A DNA stretch of 45,792 nucleotides from Thermoanaerobaculia bacterium (GTDB lineage Bacteria > Acidobacteriota > Thermoanaerobaculia > Multivoradales > JAGPDF01), in NCBI GenBank assembly GCA_019911865.1, contig JAIOJQ010000328.1:1-45792 (forward strand), in the 5' to 3' direction. How positions within the stretch are numbered: position 1 is the first letter of the stretch; every line of letters starts with the position of its first letter. The notes beneath the pieces are model-generated. The model was not told the DNA's origin, ran no database searches, and saw only the letters and a list, made by a program, of their open reading frames with translations. Of this stretch, positions 1-12,055 are shown one piece after another. Made by a program: the position numbers and the translations under genes.

Positions 1-2
1 CG

Positions 3-176
3 GCGGGGCGGCGGGTCGCGAAGGATGCCGTCGCACTGGTGCTGACCGTGGCGGCGGTCCTGCGTCTCGGCCTGCTGCCGGTCGACGCCCTGCTCGCCGC
101 GGCGGGGGACGGCGACGAGGGCGCCACGACGCGCGCCGCCATCGAAGCCGGCGCCGCGCTCGCCGGCGCGACCTGA
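3..176 (+). CDS. 3' end of a truncated CDS, possibly a 2-oxoacid:acceptor oxidoreductase gamma-type C-terminus
   Basis: Open frame from the window edge to TGA at 174-176 with GC3-rich codons (AGRRVAKDAVALVLTVAAVLRLGLLPVDALLAAAG...AAIEAGAALAGAT). Family guess is weak. Confidence 0.4.
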   Translation, partial: AGRRVAKDAVALVLTVAAVLRLGLLPVDALLAAAGDGDEGATTRAAIEAGAALAGAT

Positions 177-290
177 CGCGCCGGCGCCTCTACTCTCCCC
201 GCAGCTCCGGCCGGCCACCCACGCGGGTGGCGCCGGCGGCCGGGCGACCCGGGAGACTGACGCATCGGGCGTCGCCCGGAGGAGGAAGCC

Positions 291-1517
291 GTGTTCGAAC
301 TGCTGCCCAAGCGAGCCCAGGAGTACCGTCAGCGTGCCCGCCAGGTCGCCGAGTCCGCGGTGCGCCCGATCGCCGCCGAGCTCGACCGCACCGGCGAGTA
401 CCCGTGGCCGGTGATCGAGGCGCTGCGCGCCGCCGAGCTGATGGGCATCTGGATCCCGCGCGAATACGGCGGCCAGGGGGCCGGGGTGCTCGACCTGTGC
501 GTCGTCGTCGAGGAGCTGTCGCGCGCCTGCGGCGGCGTCGGCGTGGCCTACGCGGTCAACGCCCTCGGCAGCTTTCCGATCATTCTCGGCGGCACCGAGG
601 CGCAGAAGCAGCGCTGGCTGCCGCCGGTCGCCTCGGGCGAGAAGCTGATCGCCTTCGGCCTCTCGGAGAAGGCCTCCGGCTCGGACGCCGGCAGCCTGCG
701 CACGCGCGCCGTGCTCGCCGACGGCCACTACCGGATCGACGGCGACAAGAAGTGGAACACCAACGGAGGCGCTGCCTCGATCTACACGGTCTATGCCTCG
801 ACCCGCCCGGATCGCGGCAGCCGCGGCATCTCGCCGCTAGTGGTCGAGAAGGGGACGCCCGGCTTCGAGATCGGCAAGCGCGAGGACCTGATGGGGATCC
901 GCTGCGTGCCGGTGCACGAGCTGCACTTCCGCGACTGCCGGGTGCCGGCCGGCAACCTGCTCGGCGAAGTCGAGGGGCGCGGCTTCGGCAACGCCATGCA
1001 GACGCTCGACCGGGCGCGGCCCGGCGTCGCGGCGCAGGCGGTCGGCCTGGCGCAGGGGGCGCTCGACTGGGCGATGCGCTACACCTCGGAGCGCCAGCAG
1101 TTCGGCCAGTCGGTGATGAGCTTCCAGTCGACCCAGTTCCGCCTCGCCGACATGGCGACCGAGATCGAGGCGGCGCGCCAGCTCGTCTGGTCGGCCGCGC
1201 GCTCGATCGACGAGGGGCACGCCGGGGCGTCGAAGTACGCCGCGATGTGCAAGGTGTTCGCCAGCGACGTGGCGATGCGGGTCACCACCGAGGCGGTGCA
1301 GATGTTCGGCGGCTACGGCTACTGCCGTGACTACCCGGTCGAGAAGTTCATGCGCGACGCCAAGATCACCCAGATCTACGAGGGGGCCAACCAGATCCAG
1401 CGCCTGGTCATCGGCCGCGCGCTGACCAAGGAGGCCGCCGCGCTCGGCGACACGCTGGCGGTCAAAGTCGAGCATCCGCCCGCCGCCGAGACGGCCGCCG
1501 AGGAGACCGGGTCATGA
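291..1517 (+). CDS. Acyl-CoA dehydrogenase
   Basis: GGAGG RBS before GTG. Motifs AFGLSEKASGSDA, GDKKWNTNG, RQQFG, QMFGGYGY, RDAKITQIYEGANQIQR. Confidence 0.95.
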   Translation: MFELLPKRAQEYRQRARQVAESAVRPIAAELDRTGEYPWPVIEALRAAELMGIWIPREYGGQGAGVLDLCVVVEELSRACGGVGVAYAVNALGSFPIILGGTEAQKQRWLPPVASGEKLIAFGLSEKASGSDAGSLRTRAVLADGHYRIDGDKKWNTNGGAASIYTVYASTRPDRGSRGISPLVVEKGTPGFEIGKREDLMGIRCVPVHELHFRDCRVPAGNLLGEVEGRGFGNAMQTLDRARPGVAAQAVGLAQGALDWAMRYTSERQQFGQSVMSFQSTQFRLADMATEIEAARQLVWSAARSIDEGHAGASKYAAMCKVFASDVAMRVTTEAVQMFGGYGYCRDYPVEKFMRDAKITQIYEGANQIQRLVIGRALTKEAAALGDTLAVKVEHPPAAETAAEETGS

Positions 1518-2233
1518 ATCGCACCGAGCTCGAATGCCGGGGGCGCGTGCAGCTCGCCCCCCTGCCCGCCACCACGATGCTCGACCTCGCCGGTTTCCCG
1601 GGCGAGTGGCTGGAGTACTCGGCCGAAGAGAACGCGCTCGTGGTGCGCCACGTCCAGCCCGGCGGCTCACCGGCGCTCGCCGCAGTGCCGGCCGAGCTGA
1701 TCGCCATGCTCGACCTGGTGCCCGCCGCCGAGCGCGCCGCGAGCCCCGGCGGCACCCTGGTGGTGCACGGCCGGACGACGCCGGTGCTGCGCCTGCACGT
1801 CGCCGGCGGCCGCATCGGCGTGCAGTGGCCGCAGGAGGACTGGGAGCACGCGCTGCCGGTCGAGCTGGCCGAGATGTTCCGCACCGTGGCGCCCGCCTCG
1901 GCGAAGCTGACCGGGGATCTCGCCTTCGCCGCCCCGGCCGGCACCGAGCGGCGGCTGATCGATTTCCTCGAGTCGTTCGAAGGGCTCTACCCGGGCGGCG
2001 AGTACCACGTGCGGCGCGACGCCGAGACGGTCCGCGTTCGCCTCGACACGTTCAACGCCGGCCCCGAGGAGTTGCTGGCGCTGGTGCGCGAGCTGGCCTC
2101 GCCCGCCGGCTCGCTCGACATCGAGCTCGACGTCGGCTCGTTCGAGCCCCGGGCCTTCGAGCGCGACTTCCGCCTCACGGCGCGCGACGGCGAGATTCAC
2201 GCCGTCCGCCCGGCCCTCTGGCCCGAGCGCTGA
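1514..2233 (+). CDS. Hypothetical protein with a possible internal duplication
   Basis: ATGA overlap with the upstream stop, coding-like codon usage, no recognised family. Confidence 0.8.
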   Translation: MNRTELECRGRVQLAPLPATTMLDLAGFPGEWLEYSAEENALVVRHVQPGGSPALAAVPAELIAMLDLVPAAERAASPGGTLVVHGRTTPVLRLHVAGGRIGVQWPQEDWEHALPVELAEMFRTVAPASAKLTGDLAFAAPAGTERRLIDFLESFEGLYPGGEYHVRRDAETVRVRLDTFNAGPEELLALVRELASPAGSLDIELDVGSFEPRAFERDFRLTARDGEIHAVRPALWPER

Positions 2234-2693
2234 GTCCGAACGCCTTCATCGCCGGAGATGAAGAAGACCGCGCCGCCCGGGCAGCGAGCGGCCCGGAGAA
2301 GGGCGCTGCGCAAGGGCTGCTTCACGCAGCGGATCGCGAACGACACGAAAACCGCAAGGGTGATCTCCTCCTGGACGATCTCCCGCTGACCGAGCTGCTG
2401 CCGGGGTTCGGGCGGAAGCTCCGATTCCTCTCGCGGATCTGCAGAAGATCCTCGGCACTCCTCTCGAACGTTCTGCAAGCTGGCCTTCTGCCAGGCCCGA
2501 AACACGTCGCACGAGGCGCCGGCCGAACGGTCCGCGCGAGTTGCGGAGCACGCCACTTGAGGTAGGATTTCGATGTCTGTAACCGACCCAGCAATGCTTG
2601 GTCGCAGCCCCGGGGACGCTTCGGATCGACGCGCACCCGGATGGGCGGGCGGCCCGGCTCGTCGAGCCCACGATCCGGGCGGGAGGCCTTGAA

Positions 2694-4223
2694 GTGGCGC
2701 CGAGCGAACGGATTCGAGCCTACAGCGTACTGACGGCGAACACCTTCGCGTTCACCGTCTGTTTCGCCGTCTGGATGCTCTACGGCGTGCTGCTGACCTT
2801 TCTCGTCGATCGCGGCCTGTTCGACTTCTCTTCGGCGCAGCTGGGCTGGCTGATCGGCATCCCGGTGCTCACGGGGGCGCTCCTGCGCCTGCCTGCGGGG
2901 CTGCTGACCGATCGCTTCGGCGGTCGCCCCGTGATGGTGGGCACCCTGCTCGTCGCCGCCGCGGCGGTATTCTCGGTCAGCTTCGCGCGCGATTTCTGGG
3001 GCTTCTTCTTCGCGGGTCTCGGTTTCGGCGTGGCCGGGTCCTCGTTCGCGACCGGAGTGGCCTACACGTCGGCCTGGTTTCCACCGGATCGCCAGGGTAC
3101 GGTTCTGGGCATCTTCGGTATGGGCAACGCCGGCGCTGCGCTGACCGCGTTCATCGCGCCGCGACTGCTGGGAATGCTGACGCAGGGCGGCGCGGACCTC
3201 GAGCGCTGGCGTTCGCTGCCCCGCCTCTACGCTGCCGCGCTGGTCGCCACGGCATTGCTCTTCTGGTTCGCGACGTTTCCGCGACGGGCGACCACCAGCG
3301 GCCTGCGAACTCTCTCCGAACGTCTGTCGCCACTCGGCGTGCCGCGGGTCTGGCGTTTCGGTCTCTACTACTTCCTGTTGTTCGGCGGCTTCGTCGCTCT
3401 CTCGCAGTGGTTGATTCCGTACTACGTCAACGTCTACACGCTCTCGGTGGGCGCCGCGGGTGCCTTGACGTCGATCTTCTCTCTGCCGTCAGGACTCTTC
3501 CGCGTGCTGGGCGGATGGCTGTCCGACCGGGTCGGCGCGCGCAGCGTGATGTACTGGGTGCTCGGCCTGAGCCTCGCCGTACTCGCGCTGCTCTTTCCGC
3601 CGCGGGTCGAACTGCGAGCGCCCGGCGAGGGTCTCCTCGCGGCAGCTCCCGGAACGGTGACTGCGGTAGGCGAGGCGGAGATTGTCGTCGACGAAACTCG
3701 CTACGCACTTCAAACCGGTCGGACCGGGGCAGCTTCGGCCGAGCTGCGATTCGGGATCGGCCGGCCCGACGAGCACCACCTGTTCCTGCCCAGAACCAGC
3801 TCCGAACAGACCCCCGTCGTCACGGTCGGCGACCAGGTCGCGCGCGGGCAGCTGCTGGCGACCGGCGTGACCCACCTCTATTTCCAGGCCAACCGCCTCG
3901 TCTTCACCGGGCTCGTCGTCATCCTCGGCGTGATCATGGGCATCGGCAGCGCCGCGGTCTTCAAGCACATCGCCACCTACTTTCCGGCACAAGTCGGGCT
4001 GGTCGGCGGGATCGTCGGCATGATCGGCGCGCTCGGCGGCTTCGCCTTTCCGATCCTCTTCGGCTACCTGCTGGGAGCGACCGGGATCTGGACGACTTGC
4101 TGGATACTGCTCGCCGCCTTCGCTTTCGTCTGCCTCGTCTGGATGCACCTCGTGATCCGCCGGATGATGCACGCTGCCGCTCCCGGCCTGATGCAGCAGA
4201 TCGACACGCCGAAGTCCACGTGA
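2694..4223 (+). CDS. narK: NarK/NNP-family nitrate/nitrite MFS transporter with an inserted soluble domain
   Basis: Motifs GLLTDRFGGR, SSFATGVAYTSAWFP, GIFGMGNAG, GGWLSDRVG, GIGSAAVFK, GGIVGMIGALGGF. Likely start is GTG 2694 after GGAGG; the ORF track start is 2598. Confidence 0.9.
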   Translation: MAPSERIRAYSVLTANTFAFTVCFAVWMLYGVLLTFLVDRGLFDFSSAQLGWLIGIPVLTGALLRLPAGLLTDRFGGRPVMVGTLLVAAAAVFSVSFARDFWGFFFAGLGFGVAGSSFATGVAYTSAWFPPDRQGTVLGIFGMGNAGAALTAFIAPRLLGMLTQGGADLERWRSLPRLYAAALVATALLFWFATFPRRATTSGLRTLSERLSPLGVPRVWRFGLYYFLLFGGFVALSQWLIPYYVNVYTLSVGAAGALTSIFSLPSGLFRVLGGWLSDRVGARSVMYWVLGLSLAVLALLFPPRVELRAPGEGLLAAAPGTVTAVGEAEIVVDETRYALQTGRTGAASAELRFGIGRPDEHHLFLPRTSSEQTPVVTVGDQVARGQLLATGVTHLYFQANRLVFTGLVVILGVIMGIGSAAVFKHIATYFPAQVGLVGGIVGMIGALGGFAFPILFGYLLGATGIWTTCWILLAAFAFVCLVWMHLVIRRMMHAAAPGLMQQIDTPKST

Positions 4224-5293
4224 GCTTACCGACGGTCCCGCGCTCGAACGCGCTCGCCGGCCTCGTCGAGGAGTTGCCGCCAGCCTCGTTCGCGATCGTG
4301 ATGGCCACCGGCATCATCTCGACGGCAGCGCAGCTGCTCGGCCAAGTGGCGCTCGCCCGAGGGCTGTTCGCCGTCAACCTCATCGCCTACCCGCTGCTCT
4401 GGGTGCTGCTGCTGGCGCGGATCGCCCGCTGCCCCGGGCGAGTTCGTGCGGATCTGCTCGACCATTCCCGCGGCCCCGGGTACTTCACCCTGGTGGCTGC
4501 CACCTGCGTGCTCGGCAGCCAGTTCATTCTGCTCGCGGGTCGTACCGGCATCGCGACGGCGCTCGGCGGTTTCGGGCTGCTTCTCTGGATCGCTCTGACC
4601 TACACGATCTTCACCGGCATCACCGTCAAGCAGGAGAAGCCAACGCTCGCCGACGGCATCAGCGGCGCCTGGTTGCTGGCCGTGGTCTCGACTCAGTCGA
4701 TCGCCCTGCTCGCGGCGCAACTCGCTCCCGAGCTCGGGGGGTTCAAGCTGGCGACGAACTTCTTCGCGCTCTCGATGTGGCTCTGGGGCGGGATGCTCTA
4801 CATCTGGATGATTTCGCTGATCTTCTACCGCTACGCGTTCTTCCCCTTTTCGCCCGGAGACCTGTCCCCGCCCTACTGGATCAACATGGGAGCGATGGCG
4901 ATCTCGTCGCTCACCGGCGCCACGCTGATCGAGAACACGCCGCACGCGCCGTTCCTGCTGTCGACCCTGCCCTTTCTCAAGGGTTTCACGATCTTCTACT
5001 GGGCGACGGGAACCTGGTGGCTGCCGATGCTCGTGATCCTGGCCATCTGGCGTCACGTCTACCGGCGCTTTCCTCTCGCCTACGATCCGCTCTATTGGGG
5101 CGCAGTGTTCCCGCTCGGCATGTACACGGCTTGCACCCTCGAGATGGCGCGGGCCATGCAACTCCCCTTCCTCGAGCCCTTCGCAAGCCGCTTCTTCTGG
5201 GTGGCACTGACAGCTTGGCTGGCGGCCTTCGTGGGCCTGCTGCGCGCCAGTGCGCGGCACTTCTCCCGTCGCGCGTCCGGCGGCACGCCGTGA
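4220..5293 (+). CDS. TDT/SLAC1 (tellurite resistance/C4-dicarboxylate transporter) family anion channel
   Basis: GTGA overlap with narK. Motifs PASFAIVMATGIIS, WLLAVVSTQS, PPYWINMGAMAIS, YWGAVFPLGMY. About 10 TM helices. Confidence 0.85.
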   Translation: MSLPTVPRSNALAGLVEELPPASFAIVMATGIISTAAQLLGQVALARGLFAVNLIAYPLLWVLLLARIARCPGRVRADLLDHSRGPGYFTLVAATCVLGSQFILLAGRTGIATALGGFGLLLWIALTYTIFTGITVKQEKPTLADGISGAWLLAVVSTQSIALLAAQLAPELGGFKLATNFFALSMWLWGGMLYIWMISLIFYRYAFFPFSPGDLSPPYWINMGAMAISSLTGATLIENTPHAPFLLSTLPFLKGFTIFYWATGTWWLPMLVILAIWRHVYRRFPLAYDPLYWGAVFPLGMYTACTLEMARAMQLPFLEPFASRFFWVALTAWLAAFVGLLRASARHFSRRASGGTP

Positions 5294-5330
5294 GGAAGAC
5301 CCTCGCCCGTGCCAACCCCTGCGCCGTCGC

Positions 5331-6059
5331 TCAGTTGTTGGTCGGACGCTTGTGGGTCCAGACGGTCGCCGGATCGCGAATCGTCTTGCGGTTCCAGTTC
5401 CAGATCACCTGCTGGTAGGGCCTCACCAGATAGTCGAGAGGCGCGACGATGAAGTGGGCGAGCCGGGTGAACGGCACGAGCAGAATGATCAGAAACGCGC
5501 CGACGATGTGCAACTTGATTACCCAGGGCATCGCGAAGACCGCCTCCGTCTCCGGCGAAAGCTTGAACACGGACCAGAGATACGGAGAGAGGTCAGCCGC
5601 GAACCAGGACGCGCCCCAGCGGTAGCCGAGGGCGATCCAGCAACCCAGAACGACCTGAGCGAGAATCACGAACTCGATGACGATGTCCATCCGCGAGGTC
5701 ACCGCGCGTACGCGCGCGTTGGTGAAGCGCCGGATCATCAGCGCGATCAGTCCGACCAGAACGGTGACGCCGAACAGGAAAGCAGTCACCTCGAGGATGA
5801 TCAGCCGCACCGGCTGGCTGTTCCAGGCCAGCGTCGCCCGGGGGAACAGGAACGCCGACAGGTGGCCGAAGAACACGATCAGAAGGCCGACGTGAAACGG
5901 AACGGAGCCCCAGAACAGAGCGCGCCCTTCGAGAAACTGGGAAGAGAGCGACGACAGGGCGAATCCCTTCTGCTTCCGCCGATAGACGAGGCCGACCACG
6001 AAGACGAAGAAGGCCACGTAGGGCAGCCCCACGAAGAGGAAAGTGTTGAGCGCGTTCAT
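5331..6059 (-). CDS. narI: Respiratory nitrate reductase gamma subunit (cytochrome b)
   Basis: Motifs SSLSSQFLE, PFHVGLLIVFFGH, KLHIVGA, PFTRLAH. Last gene of the nar operon. Confidence 0.95.
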   Translation of the reverse strand: MNALNTFLFVGLPYVAFFVFVVGLVYRRKQKGFALSSLSSQFLEGRALFWGSVPFHVGLLIVFFGHLSAFLFPRATLAWNSQPVRLIILEVTAFLFGVTVLVGLIALMIRRFTNARVRAVTSRMDIVIEFVILAQVVLGCWIALGYRWGASWFAADLSPYLWSVFKLSPETEAVFAMPWVIKLHIVGAFLIILLVPFTRLAHFIVAPLDYLVRPYQQVIWNWNRKTIRDPATVWTHKRPTNN

Positions 6060-6786
6060 GAGCTCCGTCCGATCTGCACGAGTGGTTCCTCCTGCGTTGC
6101 TTCCTCGGCTTCCAGTTCGAGCTCGCGACCGAGCGAGCGGACGAAATCGCTTTCGACCTCCGGTGCCCGCCAGTCGCCCAGTTCGAAGTCGGTCCGGAGG
6201 ATTTCGAGCGTCGCGCGCAACGGCTGGCTGAACAAAGTGCGATCCGTCGCAGGCACCTCGATCAAAGTCTTGTAGTGCTTCTCGTAGAGGCGGTCGCGCT
6301 CGGCCGCGCGCTGCTCTTCGAACTCCGCGAGCATGCGCTCGAGCGCCGGCCGCACGATCTCGGCGACCAGTTCACGAGCGAGCTCGGCGTCATCCCACCT
6401 CGCGAGCAGGCGCAGAATGGTCGGCAGGTGATCGGGCAGCTCGCTGCCGCAGTCCACGCCTGCCGCGCGCATCTCGCGATTCAGGTGCACCAGCAACTCT
6501 CCGCGCTTGTAGTCGTCACCGAACAGCACGTACCCTATGCCGAGCGTCGTCGCGGCCTGGACGTCGAACGTCCGCGTGTAGAGCTCCTGGAGCTCGTCGA
6601 GCTGGTGCTCGTCGAGTGCATCCCGACCACGTGGCAACCCTGCTGCCAGCGCCTCGATCGCTGCCGCAGCCGCTGGATTGTGTCTCGCTACGATCTCCGA
6701 CGCCACCCGAACCCGCCCCGGATAGCCGGAGTCGGGATAGTCGAGAAGCGCTGCGAGCACCTCGTAGAGCGGACGCGGAGCGACCA

Positions 6787-6787
<1 letters not shown>
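6056..6787 (-). CDS. narJ: Nitrate reductase molybdenum cofactor assembly chaperone
   Basis: Motifs LLDYP, LQELYTRTFD, ELPDHLP. Start at ATG 6787 or GTG 6790, overlapping the narH stop. Confidence 0.92.
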
Positions 6788-8340
<1,553 letters not shown>

Positions 8341-8376
8341 CTCAGCTCTCCCGTTCCCGGCGCGACCGCGAAATCA

Positions 8377-11300
8377 TCAGAACACCACCTTGTCCATGCG
8401 CTTGACCACCACGTGCGTGTCGCGGTTGGGAGCGATCGGCCCCCAGTAGTTGAAGCCGTAGGAGAACTGACCGTACCCCCCGGCGAGAAAGTTGGGCTTC
8501 AGGTGGATGCGGGTGAAGCTGTTGTGACCTCCCGCGCGGCGACCTCCACGCACCTGTGACTTCGGAATGCCGACCGTTCGCTCAGGCACGTGGTAAACGA
8601 TGCAGACTCCCTTCGGAATACGTGCGCTGACGCACGCCCGCGCGCAGTAGACGCCGTGGTCATTGTGGACCTCGACCCAGTCGTTGTCGGCGATGCCCAG
8701 CGCAGCTGCGTCGACCTCGCTCATCCATACCGGCTCGCAGCCGCGCGACAGCGTCAGCATGCGGTGGTTCTCCATGTACGTCGAGTGGATGTGCCACTTG
8801 CCGTGGGGCGTCAGGCAGTTGAGGATCCTTGCCTCGCCGCTCTTCAGTGTCTCGCGCAGGTCGCCGTAGGCCTGCGGCCGCGGAGACGGCTTGTAGGTCG
8901 GCAGGTTCTCGCCGTAGGCGAGGTACATCTCGTGGTCGAGGTAGAAGTGCTGTCGGCCGGTGAGCGTGCGCCACGGCACCAGCTTCTCGACGTTGTAGGT
9001 GTAAGCGGAGTAGGCTCGGCCGCCGTTCATCAGTCCCGACCATAGCGGCGAAGTGTTGTAGCGCCGCGGTTGCGCCTGAAGGTCGGCGTAGGTCAGGCGC
9101 ACGTCGGCGCTGCCCGCACCGAGATCGGCCAGTTCGAGCCCGGTCTTCTTCTCTGCGTTCTCGTAGGCGCGCATGTTGAGCACGCCGTTGGTCAGGGTCG
9201 AGAGATGGAGCACGGCGTTGGCGGCCCACTCGGCCTCGCGAATCGAGGGACGGGCGCTGCCGTTCTCCCGCTCGACCGGGAAGTGGTTCGACGTGATCAT
9301 CTCGTCGTAGGCATCGGCGCACTGGTAGCTGTTGCCGTGCGCCCCCAGGCCGGCGGTGCGCAGCCGATCGCCGAGCGTCACGTAGCGTTCGTGAAGCCGC
9401 GTGTAGTCCCGCTCGACGATCGTGAGCTGGTGCGTCGTCTTGCCGGGAACCGGTTCACACTCTCCGAGGTACCAGTCGCGAATTCGCGGCTGAGCGATCT
9501 CCCCTGCCGAGTCGTGCGCGATGGCAGTCGCGACGACATCCTTGTGCGTGCCGGGGAAATAGCGCCGGGCCATCTCCGCCGTCGCCTCGGCGAGATCGCG
9601 GAAGATGTTCCAATCGGTTTTCGACTCCCATACCGGGGCGACTGCCTGCGACAGAGGATGGATGAACGAATGCAGGTCGGTGCTGTTCAGATCCGCCTTT
9701 TCGTACCAGGAAGCCGCCGGCAGGACGATGTCCGAGTACAGAGCGGATGAGTCCATGCGAAAGTTGAGGTCGACGACGAGATCCATCTTGCCGACCGGCG
9801 CAACGTCATGCCACGCCACCTCCTGCGTTCGCTCGTCGGCGTCGCGGGCGATCACGTTCGAGTGCGTTCCCAGGTAGTGCTTGAGCGCGTACTCGTGCCC
9901 CTTCATGCTGCCCATGATGGCGTTGCCGCGCCAGATGTACCAGACGCGCGGGAAATTCACTTCGGCGTCCGGGTCGCTCACGGAATAGTTCAGTTCGCGC
10001 TTCGCGAGGCGATCGAGAACGTGACGCTTGATCGCCTCGTCGTCGGTGGCCCCCTGCTCGACCGCTTCGCGGCAGAGCTCCAGCGTGTTGCGGTCGAACT
10101 GGGGAAAGAATGGCATCCAGCCCATGCGAACGGAGCGGAAGATCTGGTCCGCCGTGTGCTGGCGCGTCATCTCGTTGTCGGGAACCGTGTTGTAGCGCGA
10201 GAACTGTCCGTCGTATCGGTACTGACAGGTGTTGATGTAATGCCAGATCGGCGCTTGCTGGAGACGCGCCGCGGCCTGGTGGTCGCGGGCGAACGCGATG
10301 GCACTCCACGAGTCGACAGGTGCCAGCTTCTCCTGGCCGACGTAGTGGTTGAGCCCGCCGCCGTTCTTGCCGACGCAGCCGGTGAGCATGAGCGCCATGG
10401 CGCCGGCGCGGTACATGAGGTTGGCGTGATACCAGTGATTGATGCCGGCGCCGACGATGATCATGCACTTTCCGCCGGTCGCCTCGGCGGTCGAGGCCCA
10501 TTCACGCGCGAACTGCTCGACGGTGGCGGCCGATACGCCCGTGAAGACCTCCTGCCACGCCGGCGTGTAGGCGCCATCCGGATCGTCGTAACCCTTCGGA
10601 TAGTCGCCCTCGAGTCCGCGGCTGACGCCGTACTGCGCCATGATCAGGTCGTAGATCGTGGTCACCAGCGCAGGGCCGTCGACCGTCTCGATTTCGATCG
10701 CTGGCACGCCGCGCGCTGCGTCCCGGTCGAGGCCGAAGTCGTGGAACGTGGTCTGGGCGACCTGCGTCTCGCGACCCAGCAGCGTCAGCACCGGATCGTA
10801 GGGCGAGTCGTCCGCCGCGCTCTCGTACTTCATGTTCCAGTTGCCGGGCTTCTCGTCCCAGCGCGAACCGACGCTGCCCTTGGGGACCACCGGACGCCCG
10901 GTCGCGGCGTCCAGGTTGACGAACTTCCATTCTCCGTTCGAGAGGCTCCGGTAGGCGGGCAGTTCACCGGCGCGCAGCAGGCGGCCGGGCCGGAATCGCT
11001 CGCCGTCGCGCTCGAGCTTCACGAGGTACGGACTATCGGTGTAGCGCTTCACGTAGTCGATGAAGAACGGAGTCTGGCGTCGGTGGTGGTACTCCTCCAG
11101 GAGGATGTGCGTGACCGCCATCCAGAAGGCCCCGTCACTTCCCGCGTGGATCGGCACCCACTGGTCCGCGTACTTGCAGACCTGACTGAAGTCGGGCGAG
11201 AAGACGACCGCCTTGGTGCCGTTGTGCCGCGACTCGGCGAAGAAGTGACAGTCGGGCGTACGCGTCATGTTGAGACACGCGCCCATGTCGGCAATCATCT

Positions 11301-11994
11301 TGGCGTTGTACCAGTCGGCGCTCTCGCAGACGTCCGTCTGCTCTCCCCAGATCTCCGGGAACGCGGTCGGCAGGTCGCAATACCAGTCGTAGAAGCTGAG
11401 GTTGACGCCTCCGAACAGCTGGAGGAAGCGGGCGCCGGCCGCGTAGCTGAGCATCGACATCGCCGGGATCGGACTGAAGCCGATGACGCGGTCCGGACCG
11501 TGCTTGCGGGCGGTGTAGACGTTGGCCACCGCCATGATCTCCTGCGCCTCCTGCCAGCTGGCGCGCCGGAAGCCGCCCTTGCCACGCGCCTTCTGATAGG
11601 TCGCGCGCGCCGCGGAGTCGGCCTGCAGCGCCTCCCAGGCCTTCATCGGGTCGCCGCCGTGCTCGCGCTTCTTGGCGCGGTAGGCGTCGAGCAGCGCGCC
11701 GCGGATCAGCGGGTACTTGATGCGCAGCGGGCTGTAGAGGTACCAGGAGAAGGAGATGCCGCGCTGGCAGCCGCGCGGCTCGTAGGGCGGCAGCGAGTCC
11801 TCGAGCAGCGGGTAGTCGAGCTGCTGGGTCTCCCAGGTGACGATGCCGTCCTTGACGTGGATTTGCCACGAACAGCCGCCGGTGCAGTTGACTCCGTGCG
11901 TGCTGCGGACGATGCGATCGTGCTGGAAGCGGTTGCGGTAGAACTCCTCCCACTTCCGCGTCTGAGGCGAGATGATGTCTTTGATCCAACCCAT
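8377..11994 (-). CDS. narG: Respiratory nitrate reductase alpha subunit (Mo-bisPGD), no TAT leader
   Basis: Motifs [28 protein letters not shown] (Asp Mo ligand), [17 protein letters not shown]. Likely start MGWIKD at 11994. Confidence 0.97.
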   Translation of the reverse strand: MGWIKDIISPQTRKWEEFYRNRFQHDRIVRSTHGVNCTGGCSWQIHVKDGIVTWETQQLDYPLLEDSLPPYEPRGCQRGISFSWYLYSPLRIKYPLIRGALLDAYRAKKREHGGDPMKAWEALQADSAARATYQKARGKGGFRRASWQEAQEIMAVANVYTARKHGPDRVIGFSPIPAMSMLSYAAGARFLQLFGGVNLSFYDWYCDLPTAFPEIWGEQTDVCESADWYNAKMIADMGACLNMTRTPDCHFFAESRHNGTKAVVFSPDFSQVCKYADQWVPIHAGSDGAFWMAVTHILLEEYHHRRQTPFFIDYVKRYTDSPYLVKLERDGERFRPGRLLRAGELPAYRSLSNGEWKFVNLDAATGRPVVPKGSVGSRWDEKPGNWNMKYESAADDSPYDPVLTLLGRETQVAQTTFHDFGLDRDAARGVPAIEIETVDGPALVTTIYDLIMAQYGVSRGLEGDYPKGYDDPDGAYTPAWQEVFTGVSAATVEQFAREWASTAEATGGKCMIIVGAGINHWYHANLMYRAGAMALMLTGCVGKNGGGLNHYVGQEKLAPVDSWSAIAFARDHQAAARLQQAPIWHYINTCQYRYDGQFSRYNTVPDNEMTRQHTADQIFRSVRMGWMPFFPQFDRNTLELCREAVEQGATDDEAIKRHVLDRLAKRELNYSVSDPDAEVNFPRVWYIWRGNAIMGSMKGHEYALKHYLGTHSNVIARDADERTQEVAWHDVAPVGKMDLVVDLNFRMDSSALYSDIVLPAASWYEKADLNSTDLHSFIHPLSQAVAPVWESKTDWNIFRDLAEATAEMARRYFPGTHKDVVATAIAHDSAGEIAQPRIRDWYLGECEPVPGKTTHQLTIVERDYTRLHERYVTLGDRLRTAGLGAHGNSYQCADAYDEMITSNHFPVERENGSARPSIREAEWAANAVLHLSTLTNGVLNMRAYENAEKKTGLELADLGAGSADVRLTYADLQAQPRRYNTSPLWSGLMNGGRAYSAYTYNVEKLVPWRTLTGRQHFYLDHEMYLAYGENLPTYKPSPRPQAYGDLRETLKSGEARILNCLTPHGKWHIHSTYMENHRMLTLSRGCEPVWMSEVDAAALGIADNDWVEVHNDHGVYCARACVSARIPKGVCIVYHVPERTVGIPKSQVRGGRRAGGHNSFTRIHLKPNFLAGGYGQFSYGFNYWGPIAPNRDTHVVVKRMDKVVF

Positions 11995-12055
11995 GGTCTG
12001 GTCCGATTCCTCTTCCGGATTGATCGCGCGGCAGGGACGTGGGCGTCCGCGCCGG

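Noticed and set aside
2246-2470. GFRVVR motif suggesting an FGE-sulfatase gene remnant on the minus strand
   Set aside because: A single short motif with poor codon pattern and no RGGSW. Likely chance.
2579-2604. GTAACC upstream of narK (also at 10588, 15001 and 28386)
   Set aside because: No C(G/A)AA at the N16 spacing, and the other three copies are intragenic and antisense.
8377-11994. Nitrite oxidoreductase or perchlorate reductase identity
   Set aside because: No TAT signal, and the narHJI plus narK context fits a cytoplasm-facing Nar. Phylogeny is needed to be certain.
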